This document shows, piece by piece, positions 17,308-31,694 of a DNA stretch of 64,000 bases. Every line of letters starts with the position of its first letter. Positions within the stretch are counted from its first letter, which is position 1. The notes beneath the pieces are model-generated. The model saw only the letters and a program-made list of their open reading frames with translations, was not told where the DNA came from and searched no databases. The DNA is taken from contig OZ024743.1 in the NCBI GenBank assembly GCA_964016885.1, positions 196,664,001-196,728,000 of the forward strand, read 5' to 3'. This DNA is from Eledone cirrhosa (Eukaryota). Position numbers and translations under genes: made by a program.

Positions 17308-18019
17308 ACATAATATATGTGTGAATGGACTAGTTACGACACTGTTCAAGATTTAAAACAGCTACAGCGGTTTTGAGCTGCGGTAAACGCAAAGCAACTG
17401 ACCTTGTAAAACAGACATTACTTATAGAAAGAGAAAATAATTTTCAGTGACACCAATAGATTAATTAAGCTCTATTAACTCCACTTTTCAGCAATTTCAA
17501 AGTTTACTCAAACGTTTACTGACATAGTTACCTGGCACTCATTCAACAAGTAATATTCCATTGCTACTATCTTTTATTTTATTTTATTTATTCTTGTGAT
17601 ATTCTACGACAGGTATTTATTTATTTCATATAATTTCAATTTACATCAACATTTGTGAACAATAGCGTCGTTCGTTATCGGTTACCCACAGTCTAATTAT
17701 TGATCCAATGAATTTCTGGGAGCGGAAGTGACAAGGGACTGTTTTACCTGAACTTCATTCGTAAAGCAGCTTTTTTTTTAGTTATTGGTTTTGCTGAAAT
17801 TTTTTCTCGTTTTTATTTTTCGCCGATGTTGAAAATCTACGCCGTTATAAATCTTTGAGACAGACACACACAAATGATGGGCTTTCGCACTGGTTACGTC
17901 TATCAAATTTCAATCAAATTCCGTTGTATTAAAGGGAGGAAACAATAGTATCACTGGTGTGTGATGAAAGAACTTTGATAGACTATATATATATATATAT
18001 ATATATATGAAAAAGTGAG

Positions 18020-18093
18020 TCCTTCATCAGTGACCCTCCAACCGTCCTCGGCATTTCATCGCTTTAAGGGCCATATGCCTCAGGTTGGTGCGA
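18020..18093 (-). ncRNA. Non-circularly permuted hammerhead ribozyme candidate (copy A1)
   Basis: tcgca-ccaacc-tg-aggca-TA|tggccct-taa-agcga-t-GAAA-tgccg-aggac-ggttgg-agggtca-CTGATGA-a. Confidence 0.72.
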
Positions 18094-18707
18094 ACAACGG
18101 CTAAAAAAAGTCGTTGGGACACGTAAATAAAGGGGGACGCTAGAGTAACAACAAAAAGGGTTTAAGCAACGGAAAGTGAGTAGAAATAGACAAGTCCTAG
18201 ATCTCTATGAATATAAACTCTGTGAAATCGTGAACAAGAGACGAAAGACCATCGAACCTGGTAGAAATGTGAGCAAGGAAAGAATTTCGCCCAAGTTTGA
18301 CGGGGGGAAAAAAGAGAGAGAGAGAGACAGAGAAAGGAGAGAAGAGGAAGAAGAAGAAGAAGATAAGGTGGTCTGGTCTGCGAATTCGGTAAACGCAAGT
18401 TTTGTGAAGTCACAGACGAAAGAGAGAGAGAAAAAAATTCCATACCAGCTCGGTCAAGACTGCGCAAGAAAAGAATTACACACAGGTCAAACTTGAAGGA
18501 GGAGGAGGAAAGAGGAGGAGGAGAGGTAGTGACAGAGAATGAGTGAGTGAAAGTTGAGGAGGAGGCTAACAGAGAGAGAGAGACTGCTAGAAGGGGTAAA
18601 GATACAGGGAACGAAACAGACAGGCAGCATGGAAAAGTAATATGTGTAAATATGATGATAATAATGGAGCTGCGGCGTTGCAAATGGGATACATATGAAA
18701 AAGTGAG

Positions 18708-18781
18708 TCCTTCATCAGTGACCCTCCAACCGTCCTCGGCATTTCATCGCTTTAAGGGCCATATGCCTCAGGTTGGTGCGA
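18708..18781 (-). ncRNA. Non-circularly permuted hammerhead ribozyme candidate (copy A2)
   Basis: Identical to copy A1, 688 nt away. Confidence 0.72.
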
Positions 18782-19491
18782 ACAACGGCTAAAAAAAGTC
18801 GTTGGGACACGTAAATAAAGGGGGACGCTAGAGTAACAACAAAAAGGGTTTAAGCAACGGAAAGTGAGTAGAAATAGACAAGTCCCAGATCTCTATGAAT
18901 ATAAACTCTGTGAAATCGTGAACAAGACACGAAAGACCATCGAACCTGGTAGAAATGTATATATATATATATCCCCCCACCGTTGGTCAATCAATGATAA
19001 ACATCGATTGCCAGCTAAATTAACTATAGGGATATAAAATATACAGAAGCAAAAACCAATCCAAACCAAACAGTGAGTGTGTTTTATTATTTCTGGTTAT
19101 ATTATATCAATATGACTCTCCCTAAATATAACAATGTTTGTTTTAACACACGATTTCATAGCAAACCTTGCGTCATATATATATGTGTGCGTGTGTGTGT
19201 GTGTGTAATTGAATTAACTACTACAGTAAGCACTCAGATATACAAGCAAATAGGTAGAATTACTCCATTTGAGTACGTAATATTTTATGGTGGTTTGTAA
19301 GAAATGTCAGTATTTTCTGATTGCGGTGCCAACAAGGATCGACACAGATCAAACTGTTTATTTTTATTTTCAATCTACGTAAATAAGACATCTTTACGAA
19401 TATAAATATCTTATTTTAGTTTCAGTTAAATGTTGGATTGTTTGTTTACCCATATGAATGTATACTATGTTTCAACTGCTTACTGCGCCGC

Positions 19492-19581
<90 letters not shown>

Positions 19582-19583
<2 letters not shown>

Positions 19584-20375
19584 GTGGGAAAGTAAGTAAT
19601 CGGAGAATAGACCGTTAAAACATGTTTATTTAAAATATCACCTACGTACGTTTCGCCCAGTTGGGCTTCTCAAGGGCATAAATAATCACAAGTGCTCCTT
19701 ATATAGTTCGGAAAGAGTTTGGGGGGTTAAATCTACATCAAGATTCATTGCTCGCAAAAATATCTTGTTTTGATTTTGCAGCAGGTCAAGGGAGGTAACT
19801 CTGGCCGGTGTTAGGGCAGTCTTTCCCGGATAATTTTATTTTATTTATTTTTTTTTTTTCCCGCAGCATCGGTTTGTCTGAGGCTGGGTCTGGTGTGCAA
19901 GGATTGTTTTCTGGGTGTTATTTTGCTGCGCCTGCCCGCCGGGGTGTTAAGGCTTGTTGCAGGGAGATCCAGTGTACTATTTCACTCTTCATTCTTAACC
20001 CATCTAAAGAAGGATATTTTTAAGCGATGTGTACAACTTATCGCTGTTTCAGCTCTGCTGTTGATGAGCTCGTGGGGTGCAGTTATGATATGGTAGAGCT
20101 CCATGAGGCAAAGATCGCATTTCCTCTTGAAGTTGTACGGTGCAGCCCTGCCGACAATCTCTCAGTGCGTGGAGAAGCTGATGTTTAAGTCCTTTAGTGA
20201 TGTGATGTAGTCCGCGAGCGAAGTGGAGTGCCTTAGTTTTCTATTTGTGAAAGAGTGGAGATGTGTTCGAAACCTAATTTTGAACGGGCCGGAGGTGGCC
20301 CCTATATAATGTTTAACGCTATTGTGGCTAGTAATAGTGCATCTATATATAACCCTATCAGTCAAGCAATATCCT
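19582..20375 (-). mobile_element. 5'-truncated PLE: GIY-YIG endonuclease pseudogene, 3' UTR and hammerhead-like end
   Basis: CLTDRVIYRC..HYIGATSGPFKIRF..H..SF, a stop at the conserved Trp, then EIVGRAAPY..CDLCLMEL..LINSRAE..CTH. The 3' end has gccc-aact-gggc-GAAA-cgtacg-TA with a variant CTTGAGAA core (about 19636-19677). It ends in (TA)n. Confidence 0.85.
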
Positions 20376-20566
20376 CTAAGGGGGGCAGCGTCCTCTGTCG
20401 CGGCAGTTGCAATTTCTGTCGCGGTTCCGTCTATTTCCCACGGTAAGGCTGTCATTGTTGCTGCCTACGTTGTTACCTACGCTACCGCAGCTGTCGTTAG
20501 CACAATTACAACCCACAGCACGCGGGATGGTGCGATTGTTATTCCGCACGTCATGTTCTGCATTTT

Positions 20567-20668
<102 letters not shown>

Positions 20669-20765
20669 AAAAGAATCAGGATCCGACGGCTGACTCTTTT
20701 CCTAGTACCCACTCTACTACCCTAAGTACTCTGGTGCGTTGTGGTCCACCTGGTATCTTACCAGG

Positions 20766-20806
<41 letters not shown>

Positions 20807-20809
<3 letters not shown>

Positions 20810-21545
20810 TTCTTCATCTTCGCCCACTTATTCCTCAGAGGATCTTGGGAGCAGAGACCTCAAACACTCCTTCCAGCGGTCCTGTCAGAAGTAACTGTCT
20901 CCAAATAATCTGGTTGGATCTCCAAGTGAAACAAGCCAAGCTCATGGATGTTATTCAACCATTTTGCTTGGGGTCTACCTCTGGGTCTCCTGCCGGTTGG
21001 TTTTGCTTATAAAATATGTCCAGCGATTTTTTCATGAAACTTTCTAACCACATGCCCATAATATTGGAGCTGTGATCTCTCAATTTGGAGAAGTAGGGTC
21101 TCTACCTGGAGTGACTCTCTGATCGCCGAGCTACACACTCTATCGAGTAACGTTACTCCAAAGACCCTTCAAAGGAACCCGATTTCGGGCGCTTGTATTC
21201 GTGATCGTATTCTTTCGGTTATTACCCAAGATTCATGGCCATAAATAAAGGCTGGCACGAATACAGAATTAAAGATAGGGAGTTTGGCTTTTACACCTTC
21301 CTCTCTTCAACTGATTACCGAATGCTGAAGCTGGCGCATTACTGCACCAGCTCCTGCAAGTCTTGCACCTAATAAAGGCTCTTGCTTCCTATCTCTCGTG
21401 AACATGGCCTCGAGACACTTGCACTTCTGTACCTGCTAGAGAGGACCTCCATTCACATGTAGAGGGCAACGTGCAGGCTTCCTTGAGAGGACGTGTGTCT
21501 CAGTCTTCGCAGCACTGATTTCCATTCCAGTTAATGTGCAAGTGA
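20807..21545 (-). mobile_element. RTE-clade LINE 3' fragment, decayed
   Basis: Minus-strand translation AKLPIFNSVFVPAFIYGHESWVITERIRSRIQAPEIGFL*R; (GAA)n-type tail at 20807-20821. Confidence 0.8.
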
Positions 21546-22067
21546 TTGAGTATTCCACAGTCATCTGTACCTTTAACATAATTCTCAGAATCAGAATGAC
21601 ATAACATGTAATAAGGCTGGACCATTGAATTACTAGTATAAGACGTCCAACGGCCCTCCCCGCAGTTTCTGTACACCCAATTTCTCTCCTAATGTTCGGA
21701 TTGACTTTAGGTTAGGGTAGAGTGGGACCGAACTTGAGATCTCATGATTGCGAAGCGAACTTCATAATCTCTCGACAGTCCTTGCATCCACATGTTTTAC
21801 ATTAAACCATAATTAATTGCTTCTATCTAGAACAGAAAACAACAACAAAAAAAAGGAAATGACGGAAGCTGTTCTATTAACCAATAGGAAAATGAAGATT
21901 ATACGTCATGCGAATAATAAAAGATTGATATATACTGTATATATATGTGTGTGTGTGTTTTTCTACTTTTGGCATAAGGCTAGCAATTACTCCAGTGCAT
22001 TACTGGTACTTTATTTTATCGACCCCCGTAAGAATGAAAGGCAAAGTTAATATGTATTGTATGAATA

Positions 22068-22226
22068 TCTTCTTCTTCTTCTTCTTCTTCTTCGCCCATT
22101 TATTCCTGAGAGGGTGGTGGAGGCAGAGTCCACAAAAACTCCTTTCAGCGAGTCCTGTCAGAAGCAACCGTCACCAATTGATCCGGCTAGATCCCCAAGC
22201 GAGACTGGCCAAGTCCATGGATGTAG
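22068..22226 (-). mobile_element. RTE-clade LINE extreme 3' end with (GAA)n tail
   Basis: Homologous to 20807-20952. Confidence 0.75.
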
Positions 22227-22535
22227 TGAAAGTCCTTGAGCTGAATAAAAAAATGTTATGTACTTTATTAAAATCATAATATGCACATGTTACTGGGTAC
22301 CCATTATTTTCAAAGTATATTTCTCTATTTTGATTGATATTCTCGCTGTTTTACATTCTAGAGGAGTGGTAATTGTAGTGTGCCTGTATGTGTGTGTCAG
22401 GGAGGGGGGGGGGGGGTCAATGCAAAAAATAATTTTCATGACAGGGATCCTTGATAGTGAGATGTTTAAGAACCACAGCTACAAAGACTTCTCCCCACTT
22501 TTTGACCCAAAAGTATATTGATCCAAAAATAGTCA

Positions 22536-22723
22536 CAGACCTGCCAACCTCTAAAAACCCAAACGGGGAATACCATGAAAAGAAATGCCCCCAAACGGGG
22601 AGAAATGAGGCAAAATGGGGAGATTTTACATAATGAAAGCTATACCCATTTTCACAAGAGAAGACACCTCTCACCCAACCTAAAGTGGGTGGGAGATCTC
22701 CCCTGGGAGAGTTGACAGGTCTG
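22536..22723 (+). mobile_element. MITE (family of 17112)
   Basis: Same TIRs and internal sequence. Confidence 0.85.
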
Positions 22724-22931
22724 TAGTAATGTAAATAGTAACCAAACTTTGTACTATACTATAGTGGCATGTAGTACAGCAAATCAAATTCAATAAACTT
22801 GTGTTTTTATTTTTAACAAATAAATAAATATGTCCATGTCTATATTTTGTTTTGTCTTGTTTTATTTTCTGGTGGCTTTGTTAAAATAAAATAAGTCAAT
22901 ATTCTCAAGTCATTAGAAACTATAATAAATA

Positions 22932-23262
22932 CTAGCTGGCTCCGTGCCGTCATTTTTGACGGCTAATTGTAATATCTATAGATAATATAAAAAGAGATGT
23001 TTGTTTGTTGGTTGTTTGGTTATTTGTTTAGTTGCTTCCTTCGTGCTCACTCACACAAGTGATACAAACATACAAACACACAGCTGTAACGAATCTTAGA
23101 ATGCTGGACTTCTATAGTTTTTCATACACCCCCTTTCTTAGTCATCACATAGATGTGTGTATTAGACACCCCTTCTCTCCTCAGTCGACGTAATCACCCC
23201 TTCCTTCCTCAGTCATTTCTAGTGTGTGACGGACAAATACACAAATTTTTTATATTAGTAGA
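22932..23262 (-). mobile_element. Short non-autonomous Helitron
   Basis: The minus strand starts TCTACTAATATAAAA and ends with hairpin gccgtc-aaaaat-gacggc, a short spacer and CTAG before T. Confidence 0.7.
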
Positions 23263-23919
23263 TTAGTGTATTAGTAAATTCGTGATTTATCAATTAAAAC
23301 ATGCTGTTGTTGTTTAACCCTTGGTCAGCTCTAACCGGGTGTACCTGGGATAAAAGAAACCCAGCTATGATCACACCATATTTTATTCTGCGCGACATTA
23401 TTCAATATATTCTTCTTTTCTGCAATATAGTAAGAAAGATTTGGATGGTATTCTTAGCAGATCGAGAAACCATGAAGGGACAACCTCGTTGGCTCGATTA
23501 AAAAAGATGTCGCTAGTTTTGATGTAATCAATGAGGCAACTAAGTGAGATGTTCATGCAAGGCCCTTCACTCTCACACTAAATAGTAAAAAGTTAAAAAA
23601 AGATTAAAAAAATTAAAAGTAAAGTTAACTCTTTTGATACCAACCAGAACAGAACCGGCTCTGATTCTACAAAAAAAAAAAAAAAAATTCAAAGAGTTCT
23701 TGTCTGAATTAAATTTGTCTAAGATAATCTTATATAAGAAGCATATGCTAAGTTATTTTCTTAGTAATGAAATAATTAATAAGCTTCGTAAATCCTTCAA
23801 AATTCTTCATTAATTTATTGAATTAGTGTGTATTTAATTAGAAGTACGGTATAAGAATTGTTGCTAGTCATTTTTTGTATGTATTTTACAAAATTTGGTT
23901 TAGTGACATGGCACCATGG

Positions 23920-24114
23920 TAGACCTGTCAAATCTCTCCGTCCGATGAAGAGATCTCCCACCAATTTTAGGGTGGGGGAGAGATGTTTTCTCTTGTGAAA
24001 ATGGGTATAGCTTTCATTATGTAAAATCTCCCCAATTTGCCTCATTTCTCCCCGTTTTGGGATACTTTTTTTCATGGTACTCCCCGTTTGGGTTTTTAGA
24101 GGTTGGCAGGTCTG
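23920..24114 (-). mobile_element. MITE (family of 17112), inverted
   Basis: Reverse complement of the 17112 and 22536 copies. Confidence 0.85.
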
Positions 24115-24342
24115 GAGATGGTACCATGGTTGATAAGCCATCGGCAATACGTAGTGGATGCTGTAAGATTGCAAGATTTTTTTAATATTAACCCATAATA
24201 CTAACTTGTGGATATTATTACAGTACAGGTCATTTTAGAATTGATATAGTATAATTTACATAGAACTTAAACAGTAAATTAAAGGTCTTGGAGGTGTCTT
24301 CAATGAAATAGGCAGAACAAAACTCCTATATCATAAATAAAG

Positions 24343-24755
24343 GGTAGTGGATTGGCAGTATCGGTGAGCGTCAGACAACATGCTTTGCAGCAGAGAGTTA
24401 CGTTCTGTGTTCAAATCCCGCCGAGGTTAGCTTTGCCTTTCATCCTTATGGAGTCGATAAAATAAACTATCAGTAACACACTGGAATCGATATAATCGAC
24501 TTTCTCTTCCCCCAAATAATCTTTGCCTTGTGCCTAAATCAGAAACCAATAGATATAGCACAGTCAGGGCGACGGATTGGAGTATCAGACAAAATGCTTT
24601 CCCATTCTGTGACAAAGGTCAAATTTGCCTTTCATCCTACCGGCGTCAATGATATAAAGTACCAGTCACGTAATAAAGTCGGTTTTAATAGACTCACACA
24701 CCAACACACACACACAACAAACGTTACTGATCTTGTGTCTAAAGTAGAAATCATT
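24343..24755 (+). mobile_element. Two decayed family 1 SINE copies
   Basis: gtggattggcagtatcggt..gttcaaatcccgccgagg..gcctttcatcct core twice. Confidence 0.75.
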
Positions 24756-24813
24756 ATATATATATTACAGGTCGGTTCAAATCAACTATTGTCAACGCAA
24801 CTAAATTGATTAG

Positions 24814-24850
<37 letters not shown>

Positions 24851-24945
24851 GTTAAAAATCGGGAGGTTATATCCGTAGTAAGTAGAGCACACTCAGTCCA
24901 GAGGACGAGTTCTGTATAGAGTTTGCTAATTTGTTGTGGAACTAA

Positions 24946-25070
<125 letters not shown>

Positions 25071-25875
25071 AAGAACCAGAAAGTGCGTGGAGTGTAAATG
25101 TCCTACAGACACGGTTTTTTACACAAATTTCTCACTAATCTACCCTCACACTTGTCAGACACAATAAACGGTTCTATACAACAGGTGAAGCGTCACCTGT
25201 TGGCACTTTTCCTATTATCTCTCTGACTTTGGTTTTTTTATTTATTTTTTTTTTTATTTTTAAATTTCAGGAGTTTTTTGTTTTTTTTAGTTGTTCTTGT
25301 TAGTTCATTTGTTTTTGTTTGTCTTCTTTTTTTTTGTTTCTGTTGTTGAAATTAGGAAGTATTTTATTTGTCTGTGTTTCGGTTTAAACAAAACGACTTG
25401 TGATTTAGAGAGCTAAAAGAAAAGGCAAGTACGGACTAAATTGTTTTAAGCTATTTTAGGAAAACTCTTGAACAAAACTGAAGATGAAGATTGCCGCAAA
25501 AAATTAACACAGAATCAATTTTTATCAGTTTTTCTCATAATCTATCTTCACCTAAATTTAAACATTCATACCAATTCTATGGTTTGTTTTAAATCTCTTT
25601 GCTTCCATTCGTATATTACATTGAACCTCATTCTTTTTTCTTCTTTCCTGATTTCTTTCTTTTTCAAGTTCTCTTTCTTAAAATCCTTTCTTCCTTCATC
25701 ATTTCTATTCTTCCTTCCTTTTCTTCTCTTTCTGTTCTTCTTTTCTCTTTTCTTCTTTATCTTAATTTATCACTTTTTTTAAAAATATCTTTATTTCTTT
25801 CTTCGTTCTTTTGTTCTCTTTTCTTTTGATTATCTACATTGTTGCATGACCAATGTCATTATCTTAAATTATTTA

Positions 25876-26425
25876 GGGTAGTTGATTGGAAGAATCGTTA
25901 CAACGACAGTTAAAATGCTCTGTGATATTTCTTCCGGCTCACTGCGCTCTACGTTCAAATCCCACCGAGGTCAAGTACTGTGATCAATTTGATCGACTTC
26001 TTCCCTAAATTGCTGGCCTTATGCCTGAAGTAAAAAATATATATATATATTTTTAAATACTTTACGGCGCTGAATTGGCAGAATCATTAGAGCGTCAGTT
26101 AAAATGAGCTGTGAAATTTGAGCCAGCACTCTGAAATCTGCATTCAAATCTTGCAGAAGTCTACTTTACCTTTCATCCTTTAGGGGGTCAGTAAAAGTAC
26201 TAGTCAAGTAGTAGAGTCAATTTCTTTCTTCCCCCATCCTACCGCCAAAAAGGAAAAAGTGTGGCCTTCTACTTACACCGAATCAGTAAATATCAAAGGC
26301 ATGTTGCTTTGTGGTTAGGATGTTGGGATTAAGATCGTAATGTCGTGGGTTCCATTCCAAAACCTGGTGGCTCGTTGCGTTCTTAAGCAAAACACTTCAT
26401 TTCACGTGGCTACATAACTCAGCTG
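25876..26425 (+). mobile_element. Decayed SINEs: two family 1 copies and one family 2 copy
   Basis: A-box and B-box-like heads; gttcttaagcaaaacacttcatttcac matches the family 2 core at 56400. Confidence 0.6.
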
Positions 26426-26514
26426 ATGAGCGTCTGTGTTTGGGACAGATTTAACATTTAATCCGTACATAATTTTCACTAAAAAACTATATCTTCTCAG
26501 TGGTTCTAACATTA

Positions 26515-26583
<69 letters not shown>

Positions 26584-26725
26584 AAGTCATACACAAAACA
26601 CCAGCACCAACAGTTTTCAGTTTTGCAAGAGATGTCAACATGAATGGACCTGTTATTTTTATCTAAAGACATTTTTTCCAATTCCATCCCGCCCGTCCCA
26701 TCTATCTATTTTATTTCTCATTCTT

Positions 26726-26761
26726 TCTTCTGATGAAGGACTAGCGTCCGAAACGTAAAGA
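26726..26761 (+). ncRNA. Minimal hammerhead-like motif in an old dispersed repeat
   Basis: tctt-CTGATGA-a-ggac-tagc-gtcc-GAAA-cg-TA-aaga; decayed homologues at 5454 and 59736 share the downstream flank. Confidence 0.55.
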
Positions 26762-26841
26762 TCCTCTTCCTGCTATATCAAGCGTTAACCCAATATATAC
26801 TTTTCATATACTGTACCGATTGTGTTGTTATTTCTGTTTAC

Positions 26842-26984
<143 letters not shown>

Positions 26985-26986
26985 TT

Positions 26987-27472
26987 CTAGGGCGGGTAAA
27001 ATTCCCGAGATCCATGGACGAGTTCTCTCCAGCGGTCTCTGTCCCTCATTATCGCTGCCATGTCCTGCGTCTCCAACAGACCAGTGTCTGTCCTTAGGGC
27101 ATCAACACACGTTAACCTTGGTCTTCCTCTTCCAGTGTGTCCATGTAGGGTCTCCCACAGGAGCACTGAGTGCAATGTCAACTCTGGATGTCGGTAAGCA
27201 TGTCCAGCTAACCTCAGTCTCCTCTGTGTCACTTTTGAGCTGACTTTTGGGAGGCTTCCATACAGCTCTGAGTTTTTCATCCTCAGTGTATACTGACTAA
27301 TGTTCAGAGCCATCCTCAGCATTCTCGTGTAGCACCCATCCACCATCTGAGTGAGTTTCTTGGACAGTGTCCAAGTCTCAGACCCGTACAGCAGCACAGA
27401 CTCCACAACAGCAATGAAGAGGCGGATCTTCGGGTCTTTACGAAGGTCCGACTTCCACACCGATCTCAAGCT
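26987..27472 (-). mobile_element. RTE-clade LINE ORF C-terminal fragment
   Basis: LFIAVVESVLLYGSETWTL..DGCYTRMLRMAL..RRLRLAGH..GRGRPRLT..DRDRWR. Confidence 0.88.
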
Positions 27473-27781
27473 GATATATATATCAACATAATTCTCCCTG
27501 TCCTCCTCCTTTTTCAATCCTTCCTATATTTCATCTGCCTGTCACCCAGCTCGTGAATTGTCTCTCTGTTGACCACTGAACGATGGTGCAACCCTCTGAG
27601 GTAATTTTGCCCATCGCATCTTTGACAGCATTTAACTGTTTTAATGGCTATTCTAGCGATGAGGTTTCTCATTTTATATGTATTCAAACACTTTCTCGCT
27701 TCGTCTCGATCAGAGACAACATTGTATATATATTTGAGTATACACATATACATATTTAAATATATATATATTTAAATATAT

Positions 27782-28000
27782 CAGGCAGGAGGCTGAATTA
27801 AGTGAAAGAATTGCAGGAGTTGGTGCAGTAATGCGCCAGCTTCGGCATTCGGTAATCAAATGAAGAGAGGTAGGTGTAAAAGTCAATCTCGCTATCTTCA
27901 ATTTGGTATTCGTGCCAACACGTAACTATGGTCTTGAATCTTAGGTAATGACCGAACGAATACAATAGAAATTACAAGCGGTAGAAATGGGGTTCCTCCG
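27782..28000 (+). mobile_element. Internal RTE fragment (family of 20807)
   Basis: Homologous to the reverse complement of about 21175-21380. Confidence 0.7.
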
Positions 28001-28323
28001 TATATATATATATATATAGTTTTTGGTATATATCTTTTTGGTAAATATCATCTTGGTTAAGAGAGTGGGACTGGCTTTGTGCAGTGCCTTTTCTCACTAT
28101 AAAAGCTTCACGGAACAGGCATTGCTTTATATCTGGAGATCTCTCTGCACTTGTCGTCACATGGTACCATGGGCCCAGCACTATGTGTCAATAATTGTCA
28201 CAAGTGTAGTGTTTGTACCAGAGTTTGCTAGTCGCTGGCTGGACTAAAAAGTCACACTCCTTCAGCGATATAAAGTACATGGGTATAAAGTAGTGGCCGT
28301 ACTCGAAAACGAGTTGGCAGCCA

Positions 28324-28366
<43 letters not shown>

Positions 28367-28614
28367 TAGATATATATATAGATATATATATATATTATAT
28401 ATATATGTAGGAGGTGAGTTTTATTGTAGTACAATAAAGCAATGCAGATATCGGATAAGAAGCACTCTACAGTTTGTAGGACTGGAGTGTACATAATATA
28501 TAAGATCAAAAGATGGTTAAATGAGTTCCATGTATTTTATTATGCGCATTTCAGATATGTTGATTTAAAACTGCACTATCCACAAGTGTTTTTAACCTTC
28601 ATATCATGTCTTCC

Positions 28615-28682
28615 TATTTTATCTGATGAAAACACAAATGTTATTTGATGATATTTGCTTTTGAAATGCGCATAATAAAATA
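28615..28682 (+). ncRNA. Type I hammerhead ribozyme motif inside a palindromic insert (28499-28715)
   Basis: tattttat-CTGATGA-aaa..caaatgtta/tgatatttg..tttt-GAAA-tgcgca-TA-ataaaata: 8-bp stem I and palindromic stem III. Confidence 0.75.
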
Positions 28683-28758
28683 AATGGAACTCATTTAACC
28701 ATCTTTTGATCTTATATATTATATTATATATATATATATAATATATATATTATATATA

Positions 28759-29703
<945 letters not shown>

Positions 29704-29956
29704 AAATAAAACATGGACGAGTAGTTACTCCTTCATTATATTTACTTGTTGGTGACGCGCGTTTTGCCACCGATCAGCTCAAGGTTTAATATGTATCGAT
29801 CTAGCCTGACTCTGTAATCAACGGCTCAACCGACCCTTTTTGGTGGTAATGATAGAATGAATACACATGGCGTACGAGAAAGTCTAATGTTCATATGCTG
29901 GTCAGTGAAATTTGTTTTGATTGGTGGCTTAATTTTAAAGAATGTTTTCGCCTGTA

Positions 29957-30014
<58 letters not shown>

Positions 30015-30093
30015 TGTATATATGAATCAAAATGGCGAGCTGTGTTGTTGCAATTAAGTATAATGAAAAATTAGAAATTAGAAGTTAGGATTA

Positions 30094-30168
30094 TCCATCA
30101 TCAGTTGGCTACTAGGCGTCATAGGCATTTCTTCGCGTTAAAGACAAGATACCTCTGCCTAGGGTGAA
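30094..30168 (-). ncRNA. Non-circularly permuted hammerhead candidate (copy D) in a truncated element 30020-30240
   Basis: ttcacc-ctaggc-ag-aggta-TC|ttgtct-ttaac-gcga-a-GAAA-tgcct-atgac-gcctag-t-agccaa-CTGATGA-t. Confidence 0.65.
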
Positions 30169-30238
30169 ACAATAATTAAAGTAAGTTATTGGGATAAAAA
30201 GAAGTGGGTGGAGAAAGAGAAGGATATGTAAACAGACA

Positions 30239-30293
<55 letters not shown>

Positions 30294-31146
30294 AGCAAAT
30301 TATAAACGTAAACATGTAAGTGTGTTTTTGAAACGGTGCGCGAGTTTGAAATTAGAAATTAGAAATTATAAGCTTTCACCGTATTTTAGACTAAAGAAAT
30401 TTCTAGCCTGATAGTGGGGTTTATAACCCTCGGAGAAATGGAAAAAGATGAGTGTTGCCGTACATGCCATACATACATATAAATATATATATATATATAT
30501 ATACATACATACATATAAATATATATATATAAATACATACATATAAATATATATATATATACATACATATAAATTCTAAAACAAAACAGTATGTCTCTTG
30601 AGTTTTAGTATTTTGTTTGCGCCTTTGCTTGTGTATTTCTTTAAATTGATTTCTATTTAATATAAACAGTATGTAGTAAATTCTAGCTAATTAACAAATA
30701 AATTAGTTAATAGACGTAAAAGTAAAAAATAAACATACATTCGTATGCTTTACATAACAGACGCATGCTTCAAAATAGAAAATATATATGAAGGCGACAC
30801 CCACAGAATTCCATGTTAAATGTATTGCTTTCAATTAAATGAAACTTTATATTATTTGAAATATAATTTCTATTCAGACTTCCATCTGCTGCTATTAATT
30901 TTTCCATAAAAACAACAATATGAAGGAAATGGTATTTTTGATTTACTAACTGTGTAAACATGTATCGTTTCCATTACACTAGATGCTTATAAATATGTCA
31001 AAACAATTTTGAAATTAAAAACTTCTGTAAATTGAAGTATATAAATATTTATACAGACAATTATACATACATATACACATATAAACCACAAACCAGAAGA
31101 GTACTCTATGCAATGGAAGATGCATATATACATATAACTATATATA

Positions 31147-31678
31147 TAGGGGGGGTCTTCAAAATGTTTGTGGAAAAAAGGACAGTTGGAAAGAACGGTT
31201 TAAGTTATGATGTTTATTTTCCAATATATGCTCCATCTAGGCCAATAAACTTCTGCAAGCGTTGATACCAACCTTTAAGGCCACCTGTGTAAAACTGAGG
31301 GCCATGCGATTTAAAACATGTCAAAGCAACTTTTTTGCATCTTCATATGGGATCATCTTCAACCTCATCTCTTCCACTTCTAAAAATGACTTATCCATTT
31401 GTAGGTTGTTGATTTCTTTGGGGCATTGTCCCCATCAAACTTGCTCCAGAGCGTCAATGATTTGGCTGCTCTTCCACCCTAACTTCACCATGAATTTGAT
31501 GTTTTGATGAAGGCCATGTTACTCGAGCGGGCGCTGACCTCGAACAGGTGGCGCCACGTTGCAGCATGCATGTTAGAACACGTTAGTACGAGAACATACA
31601 GATGCATTGAGATCAAAATCCCTGCATGTGATTATTAGCTAAATACTTTTTCCATGAACCTTTTGAAGCCGCCTCGTA
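31147..31678. mobile_element. Tc1/mariner-like non-autonomous element
   Basis: Imperfect TIRs gggggtcttcaaaatgtttgtggaaaaa / tttttccatgaaccttttgaagccgcctcg flanked by TA. Confidence 0.7.
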
Positions 31679-31694
31679 TATATATATATATATA

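Larger units (their letters stand above)
18008..18957 (-). mobile_element. Non-coding element with 260-bp direct repeats (period 688) each carrying a permuted hammerhead
   Basis: 18008-18268 and 18696-18957 are near-identical; the spacer is purine-rich on the plus strand and homologous to 38750-38900; embedded in (TA)n. Confidence 0.8.

Noticed and set aside
20162-20164. In-frame TGA in the PLE endonuclease as selenocysteine
   Set aside because: It aligns with a Trp conserved in the 5816 and 61500 homologues, so TGG to TGA decay is simpler; no SECIS recognised.
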